This document shows positions 46,524 to 56,938 of a stretch of 64,000 bases of DNA, in pieces. Numbering within the stretch: the stretch's first letter is position 1; the number at the start of each line of letters is the position of its first letter. A program made the position numbers and the translations under genes. The DNA comes from Candidatus Marinacidobacterales bacterium. GTDB taxonomy: Bacteria; Acidobacteriota; Vicinamibacteria; Marinacidobacterales; DATDRI01. The notes below the pieces were generated by a model that was not told the origin of the DNA, did no database searches, and was given only the letters and a program-made list of their open reading frames with translations. The DNA is taken from assembly GCA_965226495.1 (NCBI GenBank), contig OZ245365.1:672001-736000 (forward strand), read 5' to 3'.

Positions 46524-47710
46524 TCGACCACACTCGTCAGGAGCTCGCTGAGCTTACGGCCTCTTTCCTCCCACGAATAACCCTTGGCGTCTTCCGTCGC
46601 CTTCGCGGCGAGCCGGTGCGCCATTTCCGGATCGCCGGCCAACCTTTGTATGGCGGCGGCGAGGGCATCGGGGTCTCCGGGTGGAACGAGAAGCGCGTTC
46701 TCATCGTTCGTCAGAACCTCTCGCAACGATGGAAGGTCCGATGCCACGATGGCTCGACCGGATGCCATGGCTTCGAAGAGTTTGAGGGGCGATGTGAAAA
46801 CGCGGGCCGTCATCGAATCGAGCAACGGGATCACGAACACGTCGGCGCTCGTTCTCTCTTTGGCTACCTCGGGAGGTGGAAGAAAACCTCGAAATCGCAC
46901 GCGGTCGGTGAGGCCGAGTCGTTCCGCGAGGCGACGGACTCGATCGAGGTCGGGTTCCGGTGGAAGTCCACCGATCACCACCAACTCGACTCCAAGTATG
47001 TTTTTCATCGATTCGATGAGAATATCGACGCCCTTCCACGGGTAGAGCTGTCCGACGTAGTACACCTGAAGGGGTTTGTCGGCGGATCGTTCTCGGGGTG
47101 GTTGCGGTTTCGTCGGAACCTCGGTGCCATCCGGGATAACTCGCGCCGGAGCAAGCGGTGCATGGAGCTCGGAAAGAGACTTTAGAAGGCCATGGGTAAT
47201 TGCGACCACCGCAGCCGCTCCTTGGCAGACGCGGTGCTCACGTCGGCTGAGCCTCTTCAACTTGCGAGCACTCGGGGGGCGAGAGTCCGGACCTTGGTAG
47301 AGACGACGGGTTTCCTCTGAAAAGAGCGCGGCCGCAGTGTGGGCCTCGTAGATCACCAGACGTCGGTGGTACCACTTTGTGCGCAAGGCAAGATCGGCCA
47401 GGACGAGGTCTCGCGTGTACACCGCGTCGTACCGGCCGTTCGCCAAGAAAGGGATGGCTCTCGCCGCAAAGGTCAATTGTCCCCAAACCGACCCGGGAGC
47501 CGCGGTGGAAAGACGCCGCAGCTCGAGATTGGGATGCGGGGTGAGCCCGAAGAATTCCAGGCAGGCTTCATCGGATCGGGAATCACTCCGGCGCACCACG
47601 AGATCTACCTGCACCCCTTGTCGAGCCAGCGCGTGGCACGTTTGCACGGTCTGGATACCGTTGGCCCGCTCCATCGGAAAACGGATGTCGGCGAGGTAGA
47701 GCAGTCTCAT
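46520..47710 (-). CDS. Glycosyltransferase family 4
   Basis: RFPMERANGIQ, YVGQLYPWKGVD, TSPLKLFEAMASG..SDLPS. ATG 47710 overlaps the upstream stop (ATGA). Confidence 0.92.
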   Translation of the reverse strand: MRLLYLADIRFPMERANGIQTVQTCHALARQGVQVDLVVRRSDSRSDEACLEFFGLTPHPNLELRRLSTAAPGSVWGQLTFAARAIPFLANGRYDAVYTRDLVLADLALRTKWYHRRLVIYEAHTAAALFSEETRRLYQGPDSRPPSARKLKRLSRREHRVCQGAAAVVAITHGLLKSLSELHAPLAPARVIPDGTEVPTKPQPPRERSADKPLQVYYVGQLYPWKGVDILIESMKNILGVELVVIGGLPPEPDLDRVRRLAERLGLTDRVRFRGFLPPPEVAKERTSADVFVIPLLDSMTARVFTSPLKLFEAMASGRAIVASDLPSLREVLTNDENALLVPPGDPDALAAAIQRLAGDPEMAHRLAAKATEDAKGYSWEERGRKLSELLTSVVD

Positions 47711-49860
47711 TGGATGTAGCCTAATGCCCGGAGTGTGTCTTGCATCTCTCGATCCAGCTCCACTTGATTGCGAGCCGACCCCAACGGGAGGTGCCACACC
47801 CGAGCCAGCTCATCCTCCCGGTGAAGGAGGTCGTCTATCTCAGAAAGAGAAACCTGGAGCTCTTTCGGGTTTGCGTCGAAGGGGAACGCGATTGTCTCAA
47901 CACGCTCCGAGCCCAATCTCGCTCTCACCGTTTCGACCGTATGGCCGTCGCGCACAAGGGCGAAGCGAACCGGCGAACCTCCGGTCCTCGTCTGGATGAC
48001 GAGGTGTCGTCTTCTATCGTCGGCGGTGAAGGTGAGCGTCAATTTCTTGCGCTTCGAATCCACGTCGAAGAGGTCCCCGGTAACGATGGGAAACCGGAAC
48101 GCGTTTATGATTTCGACTTCCGACTCAGCATGAACCACAACGCGGGTGCCCGCTTTGTCGCCTCGAATAGAAAAGTGGAGGCCGTGCTGTCCGAGCTGGA
48201 CGAAACGCTCGAGCTCAGCAACGAGCTCGCGCGCCTGGGGCGGAACCGAAGGCAGTAGGTTCTTCCGCTCGGCGCGGTCCTTCTTGACGTCGAACAGATA
48301 CTCTTTTGGCGTCGGGACGAGCTCCCGGATATATTTGTGATCTTCATCGTAAACGGCGTAGCTCACGAACTTCGGGGCCACCAGCTCGGCAAGGAGCCGC
48401 CTTTCGCTCGTCTCGCCCCCTTCGAGTAACGGCGCGATGCTGCGGCCCTGAAAGACCGAGGGAACCGGCAACCCAGCTAGCTCCAGCAGGCTGGGAGCCA
48501 AGTCGATGTTCCCGACCAGCGAGGGTATCCGCCTGCCCGCCTTCTCGGAATGCGGCAATTTCAGAATACCGGGAATATGCAACGCTTCGCGGAAGAGAGT
48601 CTTGCCGTGCCGCGTGAAGTCATGTTCGCCAAATTCTTCGCCGTGATCGGCGGTCACGAGCAGTAGGGTCTCATCGTACAGCTCGAGTGCCTTCAAGGCC
48701 TCGACCAGCCTCCCGATCTCGCGGTCATTGTAGGCGAGCTCGTTGTCGTAGAGCTCCCGGTCCCGAGTTAGTCCCTCTTCAGCAGTCTTCACAAAAATTT
48801 CATCGAAGGGAGGTCGAGGTCGATAGCCGAAGTGGAGATCGAGGGAGTGCAGATACAAGAAGAAGCTCCGGCCACGATTTTCCTCGAGCCACGGGAGGAC
48901 CCCGTTGGTAATGTCGGCCGCGTCACTCTCGAGGGCATTGATGTGTTGCCCTGCGGAGCGCGCCTTGAAAGTCCGAAGATCCACCCACCGGTCGAATCCC
49001 TGGTTGAAAAAGAAAACGCGGGGCTTGATGACCGGATTGGCTACCCAGGCCGCGGTCGTATATCCGGACGCCCGGAATGCTTCGGCGAGGGTCAAGCGTT
49101 CGTAGGGCAGTGCGTCGTCGATGGTGCGCGCTTGGTGGTACATCGGAAGTAGTGAAGTGAACAGGCAGCCGGTGGACGGCTTGGTCCAAGGGGCACACGA
49201 CATGAGCTCCTCGAGGACGACGCCGTCCTCGGCTAGCGCGTCGAGTGTTGGAGTTGCGGGGAGCGGGTAGCCGTAGGCGCCGACGTGGTCGGCTCGAAGA
49301 CAGTCGACCACGTAGACGAGAACGTTGGGTCTTTTCGCCTCCGCCCGCGACGCGACGCCCACGACCTCGGGGTTGCCTAGAATCACCATCGCTTGTGGAC
49401 CGTCAACCGAGAGCTCGAGCTCGAGACTCCGTCCGGCGAAGCGGCTGAGGTCGATGCGACGCTCGACCCAATCTCTCTCTTCTTGCCACACTTCTTGCCA
49501 AATCTCTTGATTGACGACTTCGCCATCCACGACCGTGAGACGGATCTCGACCGGGACCTCCGGCTTCCGCACCGCGAGCCCGAAGCGAAGCTCGCCGCCA
49601 CGAGGAACGTCGCTTCGAAAAAACAACTTCGACGGACTCTCGAGAACCAATGACGGTCGGCGATCGCCATGGATCTCCGCATCGTGTACCTCAAAGGGTG
49701 AGTTGCTGCGCACGACGGCGTTTCGGAGCGAGCCCGGGCGCTGTTCGTCCATCTCGCTCACATCCAGCAGCCGTTGGTACGTCACGAGCCTCTCCGGTGC
49801 TCGCGCGCAATTCGAGACCAAGATGGCAGCAAGGATTGCAAGGAGTCGGCTGAGGGTCAT
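47707..49860 (-). CDS. Sulfatase-fold (alkaline phosphatase superfamily) lipoprotein with an N-terminal beta-sandwich
   Basis: Lipobox LVSN-C, RPNVLVYVVDCLRADH, APWTKPS, TADHGEEF.EH, tail TLRALGYIQ. ATG 49860. Confidence 0.88.
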   Translation of the reverse strand: MTLSRLLAILAAILVSNCARAPERLVTYQRLLDVSEMDEQRPGSLRNAVVRSNSPFEVHDAEIHGDRRPSLVLESPSKLFFRSDVPRGGELRFGLAVRKPEVPVEIRLTVVDGEVVNQEIWQEVWQEERDWVERRIDLSRFAGRSLELELSVDGPQAMVILGNPEVVGVASRAEAKRPNVLVYVVDCLRADHVGAYGYPLPATPTLDALAEDGVVLEELMSCAPWTKPSTGCLFTSLLPMYHQARTIDDALPYERLTLAEAFRASGYTTAAWVANPVIKPRVFFFNQGFDRWVDLRTFKARSAGQHINALESDAADITNGVLPWLEENRGRSFFLYLHSLDLHFGYRPRPPFDEIFVKTAEEGLTRDRELYDNELAYNDREIGRLVEALKALELYDETLLLVTADHGEEFGEHDFTRHGKTLFREALHIPGILKLPHSEKAGRRIPSLVGNIDLAPSLLELAGLPVPSVFQGRSIAPLLEGGETSERRLLAELVAPKFVSYAVYDEDHKYIRELVPTPKEYLFDVKKDRAERKNLLPSVPPQARELVAELERFVQLGQHGLHFSIRGDKAGTRVVVHAESEVEIINAFRFPIVTGDLFDVDSKRKKLTLTFTADDRRRHLVIQTRTGGSPVRFALVRDGHTVETVRARLGSERVETIAFPFDANPKELQVSLSEIDDLLHREDELARVWHLPLGSARNQVELDREMQDTLRALGYIQ

Positions 49861-52800
49861 GAACCGTTCTCGCGATGCTCGCAAGTCTCGACCAGGACGT
49901 GGTCTTCGAGATCGAGTCGCTTCAGCTCTCGCTCCAGCAGAGTTCGTTGACGCTGGACGAAATCGCTCTCCGCGGGGTCGAGGACTAGAAAGGTACCTCT
50001 TCGGTAGAGTGTTCGTGCCAGCGACAGCATTCTCGCGCTGAAGTCCTGCCGGTCTGAGGCAAAGTGGATCTCGTCGTAACCGTCTTCGATGGCCGCGGTT
50101 CTCATGGTGAGCAGAATCATCAAGCGGTCGTCGGCACCTCCCGACAGTAAGCCTGTCAGGTCGGACGTCCTCTCCGGCATGACGAAGCATACCTTGCTCG
50201 GTTGCCGAGCTCGCGGTTCGAAGACCAAGGGGTTCCCCCAGGATACGGTGCCATGAGTTCCCGGCTTCACCTGCAGAAGGAGCTTCTTCGCTTCCGCGGG
50301 CACCGGCGCTTCCAACGCCGACCACCGCTTGCTGCGTCGGGCTGATCTCAGATCGGCGAGGGGAATTGGGTCGGTACCCATGCCGTCGATGGCGACACGA
50401 GCCTCCACCACGCTAGATCGTGCGGTAGCGAAGGCTCGCACGATCCGGTTGGAGGAACTATCGATGGGCCAGGCTGCCTCCGAGTCTGGCGTCACGTCGA
50501 CCGCCTCGACGGCGAGGGGACCCATCCGAAGAGAGCCGGCACTGGTGTGAGGAACGAAACGCTCCGCAACTCGCAGCTGACCGCAACCCTCGGGGTCTAT
50601 GACTTCTCTTGCGCTCCGCCAACCGAGTAGTCCAATCAGTGGCGCTCCCACGCTCGCCGCTACGAGGACGGCGGTGAGCGATCGTTCGGAGAGCTGGGTC
50701 CGTGAAAGCCAGATGACTAAGACGACAACTAACAGCGCGAGTCCGAAGATTCGCCATCCCCAGGTGTAAGACGCCGGTAGGTAGAAGAGCTCGACCCGGT
50801 GTGATCCGGCGGGCAAAGGGACCGCCCGGAAGTAGAGATTGGCCTCGAGGATGGTCGCCGCCTTGCCGTCGACCCGCGCGTGCCAGCCAGGGTCGAAGCT
50901 TTCCGACATCACGAGGTAAGAAGGCTTCGCCGATCGCGTTTCGACGACGATGTGCTCTGCGCGATATTCGACGATTTCCGCGAGGGGTGACGCGTCGATG
51001 TCAGCAGGCTCGGCGCGCATCCCTGCCGGTTCCGGGAAGTAGCAGGCCGGTTCAGTGCTCAGTAGAACGGTACGCTCCGGGCGCAGCTTGGGATCGAGGA
51101 GCCTCGCGTTGATACCTCGTTCCCCCGGAAGGACCATCGCTCGTTCTGCTAACCAGGCACGCGGCATTCGCGATTGATAAAGGAAGAGACGTACTTCGTC
51201 GTCGTAGACGAGCTCGAGGTGCACCGGGTCTGGGTTCGGCCATCCTGCGGGCAGGGCGAAGTATTTGATGTTCCAGTTGCGCAACAGGTGCGTGGGGCGA
51301 AAGGAAGAGAGCCATGCCCAGTTACCCGAAGCGTCTTTGACTTCCAGCAACGACTCGCCGGTGGAGCCGCGCGCGTACCGGCGTATGCGATCGACGTAGC
51401 TCCCTAGGTTCTTTGGCAGCAAGGAGTGGTAGGCACCCACATCCTGCACCTGGTAGGCGCCGAGGGTATTGGGCCAAAAGGGAGTGTGGTAGTTCCCGAG
51501 TAAAGTGGCGACACGAAACGTGTCGGGATCATTCCGGAGAAACTCGATCGCCGGAAACTCCGGAAAAGGTGGGTAGATGTCGGTATCGACCCGAGGGTTG
51601 AAAGCGCGAGCGTAGGAAAAGAGATCGACGAGGATGACGGCGCCCACCATGGCGGCGAATGTCGTCGCCGCAATTTTCTGTCGAACCTTGAGCTCCATCG
51701 CGAGCAGCGCAAAGCCGAGGAGCGCCAAGCCGAAGGGCAGACGGAAGACAGTGAGAACGTCATCCCGGCCGGAAAACCAGCCGGTAGCCGCCGCCGCCAC
51801 GCCCAACCCAAGCAAGAGAAGTGCGAGCACACGCTCCCACCGCATACGACTTTCCAAACTTACCGAAAATCCGATGCCCGCGAGGAGCGCCAGGCCGAAC
51901 GACGCCAGGGCAACGTGCGTCTGTAGGTAGCGCAGCCGCTCGACACCCGGAACGAGCGAGTGCAGCAGTGTGAACAGCGGACTGCCGGTCGCCAGCCCGA
52001 TTCCTACGACGACGGTTGCAAGAAGCGCGATGGAAGGACCTCGTGGAATACGGCGAAAGGCGGCGGGGACGAAGATGAGAGGCAGCAGACCGATGTAAAG
52101 TTGGCTCCTTTGCAGCTCCGGCGAAAAAGCGGTGAGAAAAACTTGAGAGCCCAGCCCCGTTGCGGCGAGCTCGGTTGCGCTCAGCACGGCACGGTTCGCG
52201 CGGCTCAGGAACTCCAAGGAAGGAAATAGGAACGGGGCGGCCAAAGAGGCTCCGAGCACGACCGCCCCCGCAGCGAGAGAGGCACGGCGAAGTGATGTCG
52301 CGAAGTTCGATAGAGAAATGAGACGAGTGATCCCGTAGATCGTGGCTCCGAGAAAATTGATAAAGATGTCCGGATAGTGACCGGCGAGTAATTGAAACGC
52401 CACCGCAACGGCAAGACCGACGTACGCGCGAGGCCGGCCGGTGGTCACCAGGTCTTCGACGAACGTCAGAAGAAGAGGGAACCAAACGAGGGAGGGCAAG
52501 ATGAACGAAATCTCGGCGCGGTGCGTGATGCTGGGGGTGAAACCGTAAACGATGGCGCCCAGGATCGAACCGGTGAGGCTCAACCCGAGCCGGCGCAGGA
52601 AGATAAAAGCGAAAAGCTGTGCCAGGAAAAGATGGAGCAGGATTTCAATGTTGTGGGCAAGCTCGGTATCGAGGACGGCGTAAATCCAAAACGGCGGATA
52701 GAGCATGCGGCTGAAACCGGCAGCTAGATGGGGAACCCCTCCTCCCGCGTAGGGGTTCCAAAGGGCAATGCGGCCTTCCTTCGCGGCGCGGGCCGAAACG

Positions 52801-53006
52801 ACGTCGAGCGCGTAGCCGTCGAGGATCGCGTCCTTGATGCGTGAGTTCACGACCGGATGGTCGGGGGTGAGTTGTCGCCATGGTTCGAGATCTTGGTGGA
52901 GCCAATCGGTGGGTAAGAGGAGATCGCCCCGCAACACCTCCCAAAAACAAAGCCAGGGCAGGGCGGCGAGGAGAGCCACCCCGAGGATCGTTTTTCGGTT
53001 CCCCAT
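49857..53006 (-). CDS. YfhO-family GT-C membrane protein with a C-terminal extension
   Basis: IALWNPYAGGGVP..LYPP, LAGHY, YIGLLPL, PRAWL, SESFDPGWHARVDG..ANLYFRAVPLPAGSHRVELFYLP. Confidence 0.88.
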   Translation of the reverse strand: MGNRKTILGVALLAALPWLCFWEVLRGDLLLPTDWLHQDLEPWRQLTPDHPVVNSRIKDAILDGYALDVVSARAAKEGRIALWNPYAGGGVPHLAAGFSRMLYPPFWIYAVLDTELAHNIEILLHLFLAQLFAFIFLRRLGLSLTGSILGAIVYGFTPSITHRAEISFILPSLVWFPLLLTFVEDLVTTGRPRAYVGLAVAVAFQLLAGHYPDIFINFLGATIYGITRLISLSNFATSLRRASLAAGAVVLGASLAAPFLFPSLEFLSRANRAVLSATELAATGLGSQVFLTAFSPELQRSQLYIGLLPLIFVPAAFRRIPRGPSIALLATVVVGIGLATGSPLFTLLHSLVPGVERLRYLQTHVALASFGLALLAGIGFSVSLESRMRWERVLALLLLGLGVAAAATGWFSGRDDVLTVFRLPFGLALLGFALLAMELKVRQKIAATTFAAMVGAVILVDLFSYARAFNPRVDTDIYPPFPEFPAIEFLRNDPDTFRVATLLGNYHTPFWPNTLGAYQVQDVGAYHSLLPKNLGSYVDRIRRYARGSTGESLLEVKDASGNWAWLSSFRPTHLLRNWNIKYFALPAGWPNPDPVHLELVYDDEVRLFLYQSRMPRAWLAERAMVLPGERGINARLLDPKLRPERTVLLSTEPACYFPEPAGMRAEPADIDASPLAEIVEYRAEHIVVETRSAKPSYLVMSESFDPGWHARVDGKAATILEANLYFRAVPLPAGSHRVELFYLPASYTWGWRIFGLALLVVVLVIWLSRTQLSERSLTAVLVAASVGAPLIGLLGWRSAREVIDPEGCGQLRVAERFVPHTSAGSLRMGPLAVEAVDVTPDSEAAWPIDSSSNRIVRAFATARSSVVEARVAIDGMGTDPIPLADLRSARRSKRWSALEAPVPAEAKKLLLQVKPGTHGTVSWGNPLVFEPRARQPSKVCFVMPERTSDLTGLLSGGADDRLMILLTMRTAAIEDGYDEIHFASDRQDFSARMLSLARTLYRRGTFLVLDPAESDFVQRQRTLLERELKRLDLEDHVLVETCEHRENGS

Positions 53007-53099
53007 GTGGAGTCTACGCTAATGAAATGGCTGATTGAGGTCAACAGTTCGACAGGAGTGGTTGCCTTTGAATCAAGGAGACTTTATCCTGCCGGATTG

Positions 53100-54344
53100 A
53101 TGCTTTCGCCGCACTCACGCCGAGCGAGGTCGAGTCATTCCGTTAATCGATTCGCTATTTCGTGCATGCTCGCCAGCTCCATCATGTCGTGTATCGCAGA
53201 GAGGGAGCCCGACCCGACGGCCGAGGACGTTGCTGAGAACTTACAGTCCCTCTCCTACACCGCCTGGAGCCCGCTCGAGCACGCAGGTAGAGCCGGTGTC
53301 GTAGGCCATGACCGGAGCCGGGCTTATCCAGCTCTCAACCTTTTCAATTCTCTCCCCCGGGCCAGAGCGACACTCATGGACATGGAGGGGAAGACGCTGC
53401 ATGAGTGGTCCCTTGACGCCGCAAAAGAATGGGCACACGTCATGCTGCGGCCAAACGGTGATCTCCTGGTGCTTAGTGAAATCCCCCGGAAGCTCCTTCG
53501 ACTGGATTGGGAGTCCAACGTCATCTGGGAAGAGGAGATCGAGGCCCACCACGACATCGACATCGCCGACAACGGTGACCTTTATGTGTTGACCGGGAAG
53601 GATGAGCGGGTCGATCACGATGGAGTCGAAATCCCGATTAGAAACGAGTTCATCTTGATCCTGACGCCGGATGGGCGAAAGAAGCGTCGCCTTTCATTCT
53701 TACCTATTTTCCGACATCTCCTCGACTTCGACCAGATAAAAAGGTTCGTAGAAACGAACGGCGAGGTGGGCGAGGGGATGCGTTTCGAAGGGGATGCGGT
53801 CGACATTTTTCATGTCAATACTCTCTCCATCATCGACCGGACACACAACGATTTTCTCCGGAAGGGCTTCGTATTGGTAGCCGCCCGGAGCCTCAACCGG
53901 GTCGCGGTCATAGATCTGGAGGCAGAAGAGCTCGTTTGGAGCTGGGGAGAGAACGATCTCGACTGGCCTCACCAGCCCGTGCTCCTAGGGAACGGGAACC
54001 TACTCATCTTCGACAACGGGACCCACCGCAAATACTCCCGGGTGATCGAGCTCGATCCGACGACGGCCGAGATCGTCTGGGAGTACAAGGGCGATCCGCC
54101 GAAGTCTTTTTACACCGCGTTGAGGGGAGGCATCCAGAAGTTAACCAACGGAAACATCCTGGTCACTGAATCACGTCGGGGTCGTGCTTTCGAAATCACG
54201 CACGAGGGAATGATCGTTTGGGATTTCTACAACCCGGATATCTATGAAAGGCCGAAAAGGCGGAGCAAGAGAGCTACTATCTATTGCATGACCAGAATCG
54301 CGCCCGATTTTCTGAACCCCCGTTTGTGGGCCCAGGTTCAGTGA
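53100..54344 (+). CDS. Arylsulfotransferase (ASST)-family beta-propeller lipoprotein
   Basis: Lipobox IMS-C, HHDID, FHVN, WPHQP, IFDNG..SRVIELDP..IVWEY, Q.L.NGNILVTES..GRAFEIT.EG.IVWDFYNP. Start uncertain. Confidence 0.82.
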   Translation: MLSPHSRRARSSHSVNRFAISCMLASSIMSCIAEREPDPTAEDVAENLQSLSYTAWSPLEHAGRAGVVGHDRSRAYPALNLFNSLPRARATLMDMEGKTLHEWSLDAAKEWAHVMLRPNGDLLVLSEIPRKLLRLDWESNVIWEEEIEAHHDIDIADNGDLYVLTGKDERVDHDGVEIPIRNEFILILTPDGRKKRRLSFLPIFRHLLDFDQIKRFVETNGEVGEGMRFEGDAVDIFHVNTLSIIDRTHNDFLRKGFVLVAARSLNRVAVIDLEAEELVWSWGENDLDWPHQPVLLGNGNLLIFDNGTHRKYSRVIELDPTTAEIVWEYKGDPPKSFYTALRGGIQKLTNGNILVTESRRGRAFEITHEGMIVWDFYNPDIYERPKRRSKRATIYCMTRIAPDFLNPRLWAQVQ

Positions 54345-54346
54345 GC

Positions 54347-55717
54347 ATGAACGTCCGGTTCCGCTGGGTTCTCTTGATGGCTCAAGTGTTCCTAGGATGC
54401 GCCGGGCATCCTCCGGAAGCCCTAGAGGCTCCAAACGCTCCCGATGGCGTTCTGTTGATTGTGGTCGATGCCTTGCGTCCCGATCACCTCGGTGTGTACG
54501 GGTACGAGCGTGCGACCTCACCCCATCTAGACAAGTGGGCGGAGCAAGCGGCGGTGTTCGAGCGGGCCTTTACGACGTCACCTTGGACGCTACCCTCGTT
54601 CGGATCGATGTTGACCGGAGAATTGCCAGCTCGACATGCTGCCGGTAGCCGGGTGCGGGAGTCCAACTGGACTGTCTCCACCCGTTTGAACGACGCGCTC
54701 CCCACGCTACCTGAGACTCTCGCCGCGTCGGGGTTCGTTACTGGCGCGATCATCAACAATCCTTGGCTTCCTCGCGGTGTCGGATTGGAAAGAGGGTTCG
54801 ATACATACGACTACCAAAGTCCGGATGAACAGAATCATCGGCGCGCCGCAGAGGTCGTAGATCTCTCCTTGAAATGGATTGCGGAGAGCTCAGAGAGTCC
54901 ATTCTTTTTCATGATGCACATCTTGGATCCTCACATGACCTACGATGCGCCCGCACCCGTCCGTGGGCGTTTCACGTCTGGTATGCCCGGTGGGTTCGAG
55001 CTACCCGTGATCGAGCCGCGAAAGATTCGGAAGCGGGCGCAATCCATTGCAGACGGTGAACGCCAGTTCATCACCGCTGCCTATGACGAGGAAATTGCCT
55101 ACGTGGACCAAGAGCTCGGGCGTTTGTTCACGGCGCTCGAAGAAGTGGGTCTCTTCGAACGTTTGGTGATCGTTTTGACTTCCGACCACGGCGAAGAGCT
55201 TTTCGATCATGGAGACTTCGAGCATGGGCACGGAATGTATCAAGAGCTCCTGCGGATCCCGCTTCTGGTCTGGGGACCCGATGTGCTGCCCGGCCGGCAC
55301 ACCGCACCAGTCTCCTTGGTCGATCTGTACGACACGATCCTTGAGTCGGTCGGGGCGACTCCCACGGGGGGGACCGCGGGGCAGTCTCTCTGGCCGGCGG
55401 TCACGAAGGGCGATGCGATCCCCGAGCGGCCGATCCTGGCCGAAGCGACGCTCTACGGGCCGGAGCGCCGCGCCATCATCCGATGGCCGTTGAAGTTGAC
55501 ACTCGAGACGGGTGTCGGCCGCCGCCGGCTCTACAACCTCGAAACCGATCCCGGAGAGCAAGCCGATTTGGCGCCCGAGGAAGAGCGTGCGGTCGAGTAT
55601 TTGTCGAATGAGCTCCGTAGCACGATGCAGGCGGCACGACAGGGAGTTGAGGCGGAGGCACTGCCCTTGGACGAGGAGATGTTGAGGGAGCTGCGCTCAC
55701 TGGGCTATGTCAACTGA
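54347..55717 (+). CDS. Sulfatase-fold lipoprotein
   Basis: Lipobox FLG-C, VVDALRPDH, SPWTLPS, DPHMTY, TSDHGEELFDHGDFEHG, tail ELRSLGYVN. Confidence 0.9.
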   Translation: MNVRFRWVLLMAQVFLGCAGHPPEALEAPNAPDGVLLIVVDALRPDHLGVYGYERATSPHLDKWAEQAAVFERAFTTSPWTLPSFGSMLTGELPARHAAGSRVRESNWTVSTRLNDALPTLPETLAASGFVTGAIINNPWLPRGVGLERGFDTYDYQSPDEQNHRRAAEVVDLSLKWIAESSESPFFFMMHILDPHMTYDAPAPVRGRFTSGMPGGFELPVIEPRKIRKRAQSIADGERQFITAAYDEEIAYVDQELGRLFTALEEVGLFERLVIVLTSDHGEELFDHGDFEHGHGMYQELLRIPLLVWGPDVLPGRHTAPVSLVDLYDTILESVGATPTGGTAGQSLWPAVTKGDAIPERPILAEATLYGPERRAIIRWPLKLTLETGVGRRRLYNLETDPGEQADLAPEEERAVEYLSNELRSTMQAARQGVEAEALPLDEEMLRELRSLGYVN

Positions 55718-55727
55718 CACCCTCGAG

Positions 55728-56924
55728 TTATTCATGCTCGGGAAGCAGACCCGGCTGAGAAAAATCCGCAGCTATTCTCGTCATGCGGTAGATCGAGGCC
55801 CTCTTGTCCCGAACTTCGTTCACGTCAGGGTTGTAGAATTCCCAAGCAACCTCTCCCTCGCGCGTGATCTCAAAAGCGTGGCCTTTCGTCGATTCGGTAA
55901 TCAAGATATTACCGTTCGGTAGCTCCTGAACTCCCCCCATCATTACCGAGAAGAAAGATTCGGGAGGCTCGGCCGTGTACTGCCAAACGATCTTGCCGGC
56001 CGATGGATTCAGTTCAATAACGCGAGAATACTGGCGGTGCGTGCCGTTGTCGAAAATCAAGATGTTCCCGTTCTCTAGAAGGACTGGTTGGTGGGGCCAA
56101 TCGAGGTCTCCCTCACCCCAAGTCCAAATGAGTTTTTCTCTTTCGACATCGAGCACGCCGATGAGATTCAGGCTTCGGGCTGCAAAGAGTACGAAGCCTT
56201 CTTGGAAGAATTCATTGACCGTACGGTCGATAATGGAAAGTGTGTTGATGTGAAAAACGTCGACGAAATCTCCTTCGAAACGGAACCCGTAGTCTATCTC
56301 GCCACCGGTTGCAATGAACTTTTGAAGTTTGTCCATGTCGAGGAGGTGGCTCAGCAGAGGGAGAAAGGAAATCGTGTGGGTGATTTGCCCTTCCGGCGAA
56401 AGAACGAGAATGCTGTGGTTCCGAACTGGAATATCTAGACCATTGTAGTTCGTATACTCCTCCGACGCGGACAGCACGTAGATCTCGCCTTCGTTGGAGA
56501 TGTCCATGTCGTGGTGAACGTAAACTTCCTGGGTCCACAACATGCTGGAATTCCAATCCAATCGAATTAGTTTGCGGGGCAGTTCGTTTAGCACCAGAAG
56601 GTCACCGTTCGGAAGCGGTTTCACGTGCTCCCACTTCTTGCCCGTGTCCAGCGACCAAGAATGCAGCTCCTTTCCGTCCATATCAATTAGGGCCGCTCGG
56701 GTCGCAACGAGAGAGTTGAACAGGTTGAGCCCAGGGTACGCGCGCTGGGGACGATGGACGACGACACCCTCCTTTTCCTTGTGCTCAATCGGACTCCACG
56801 ACGTGTAGGGAAGTGCCCTGAGCTTCCTTGCGCTCTCCTCGGGAGTCTCATCCTTGACCTTGGTCTCGATGCTGCAGGCGGCGTTCAGGCAGGCGACGCT
56901 CAAAAGGAGCAGAATCCGTTTCAT
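55728..56924 (-). CDS. Arylsulfotransferase (ASST)-family lipoprotein, paralog of 53100..54344
   Basis: Lipobox NAA-C, HHDMD, FHIN, WPHQP, IFDNG, QELPNGNILITES. ATG 56924. Confidence 0.82.
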   Translation of the reverse strand: MKRILLLLSVACLNAACSIETKVKDETPEESARKLRALPYTSWSPIEHKEKEGVVVHRPQRAYPGLNLFNSLVATRAALIDMDGKELHSWSLDTGKKWEHVKPLPNGDLLVLNELPRKLIRLDWNSSMLWTQEVYVHHDMDISNEGEIYVLSASEEYTNYNGLDIPVRNHSILVLSPEGQITHTISFLPLLSHLLDMDKLQKFIATGGEIDYGFRFEGDFVDVFHINTLSIIDRTVNEFFQEGFVLFAARSLNLIGVLDVEREKLIWTWGEGDLDWPHQPVLLENGNILIFDNGTHRQYSRVIELNPSAGKIVWQYTAEPPESFFSVMMGGVQELPNGNILITESTKGHAFEITREGEVAWEFYNPDVNEVRDKRASIYRMTRIAADFSQPGLLPEHE

Positions 56925-56938
56925 CGTTAAGCTGGCCT

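Noticed and set aside
49861-50325. N-terminal extensions in the ORF track (also ccmA to 21923, sdhA to 29354, GT4 to 47797, ASST to 57119, sulfatase-fold to 60102)
   Set aside because: They overlap upstream genes and are low-complexity Arg/Pro-rich. Downstream starts give proper signal peptides or stop-start coupling.
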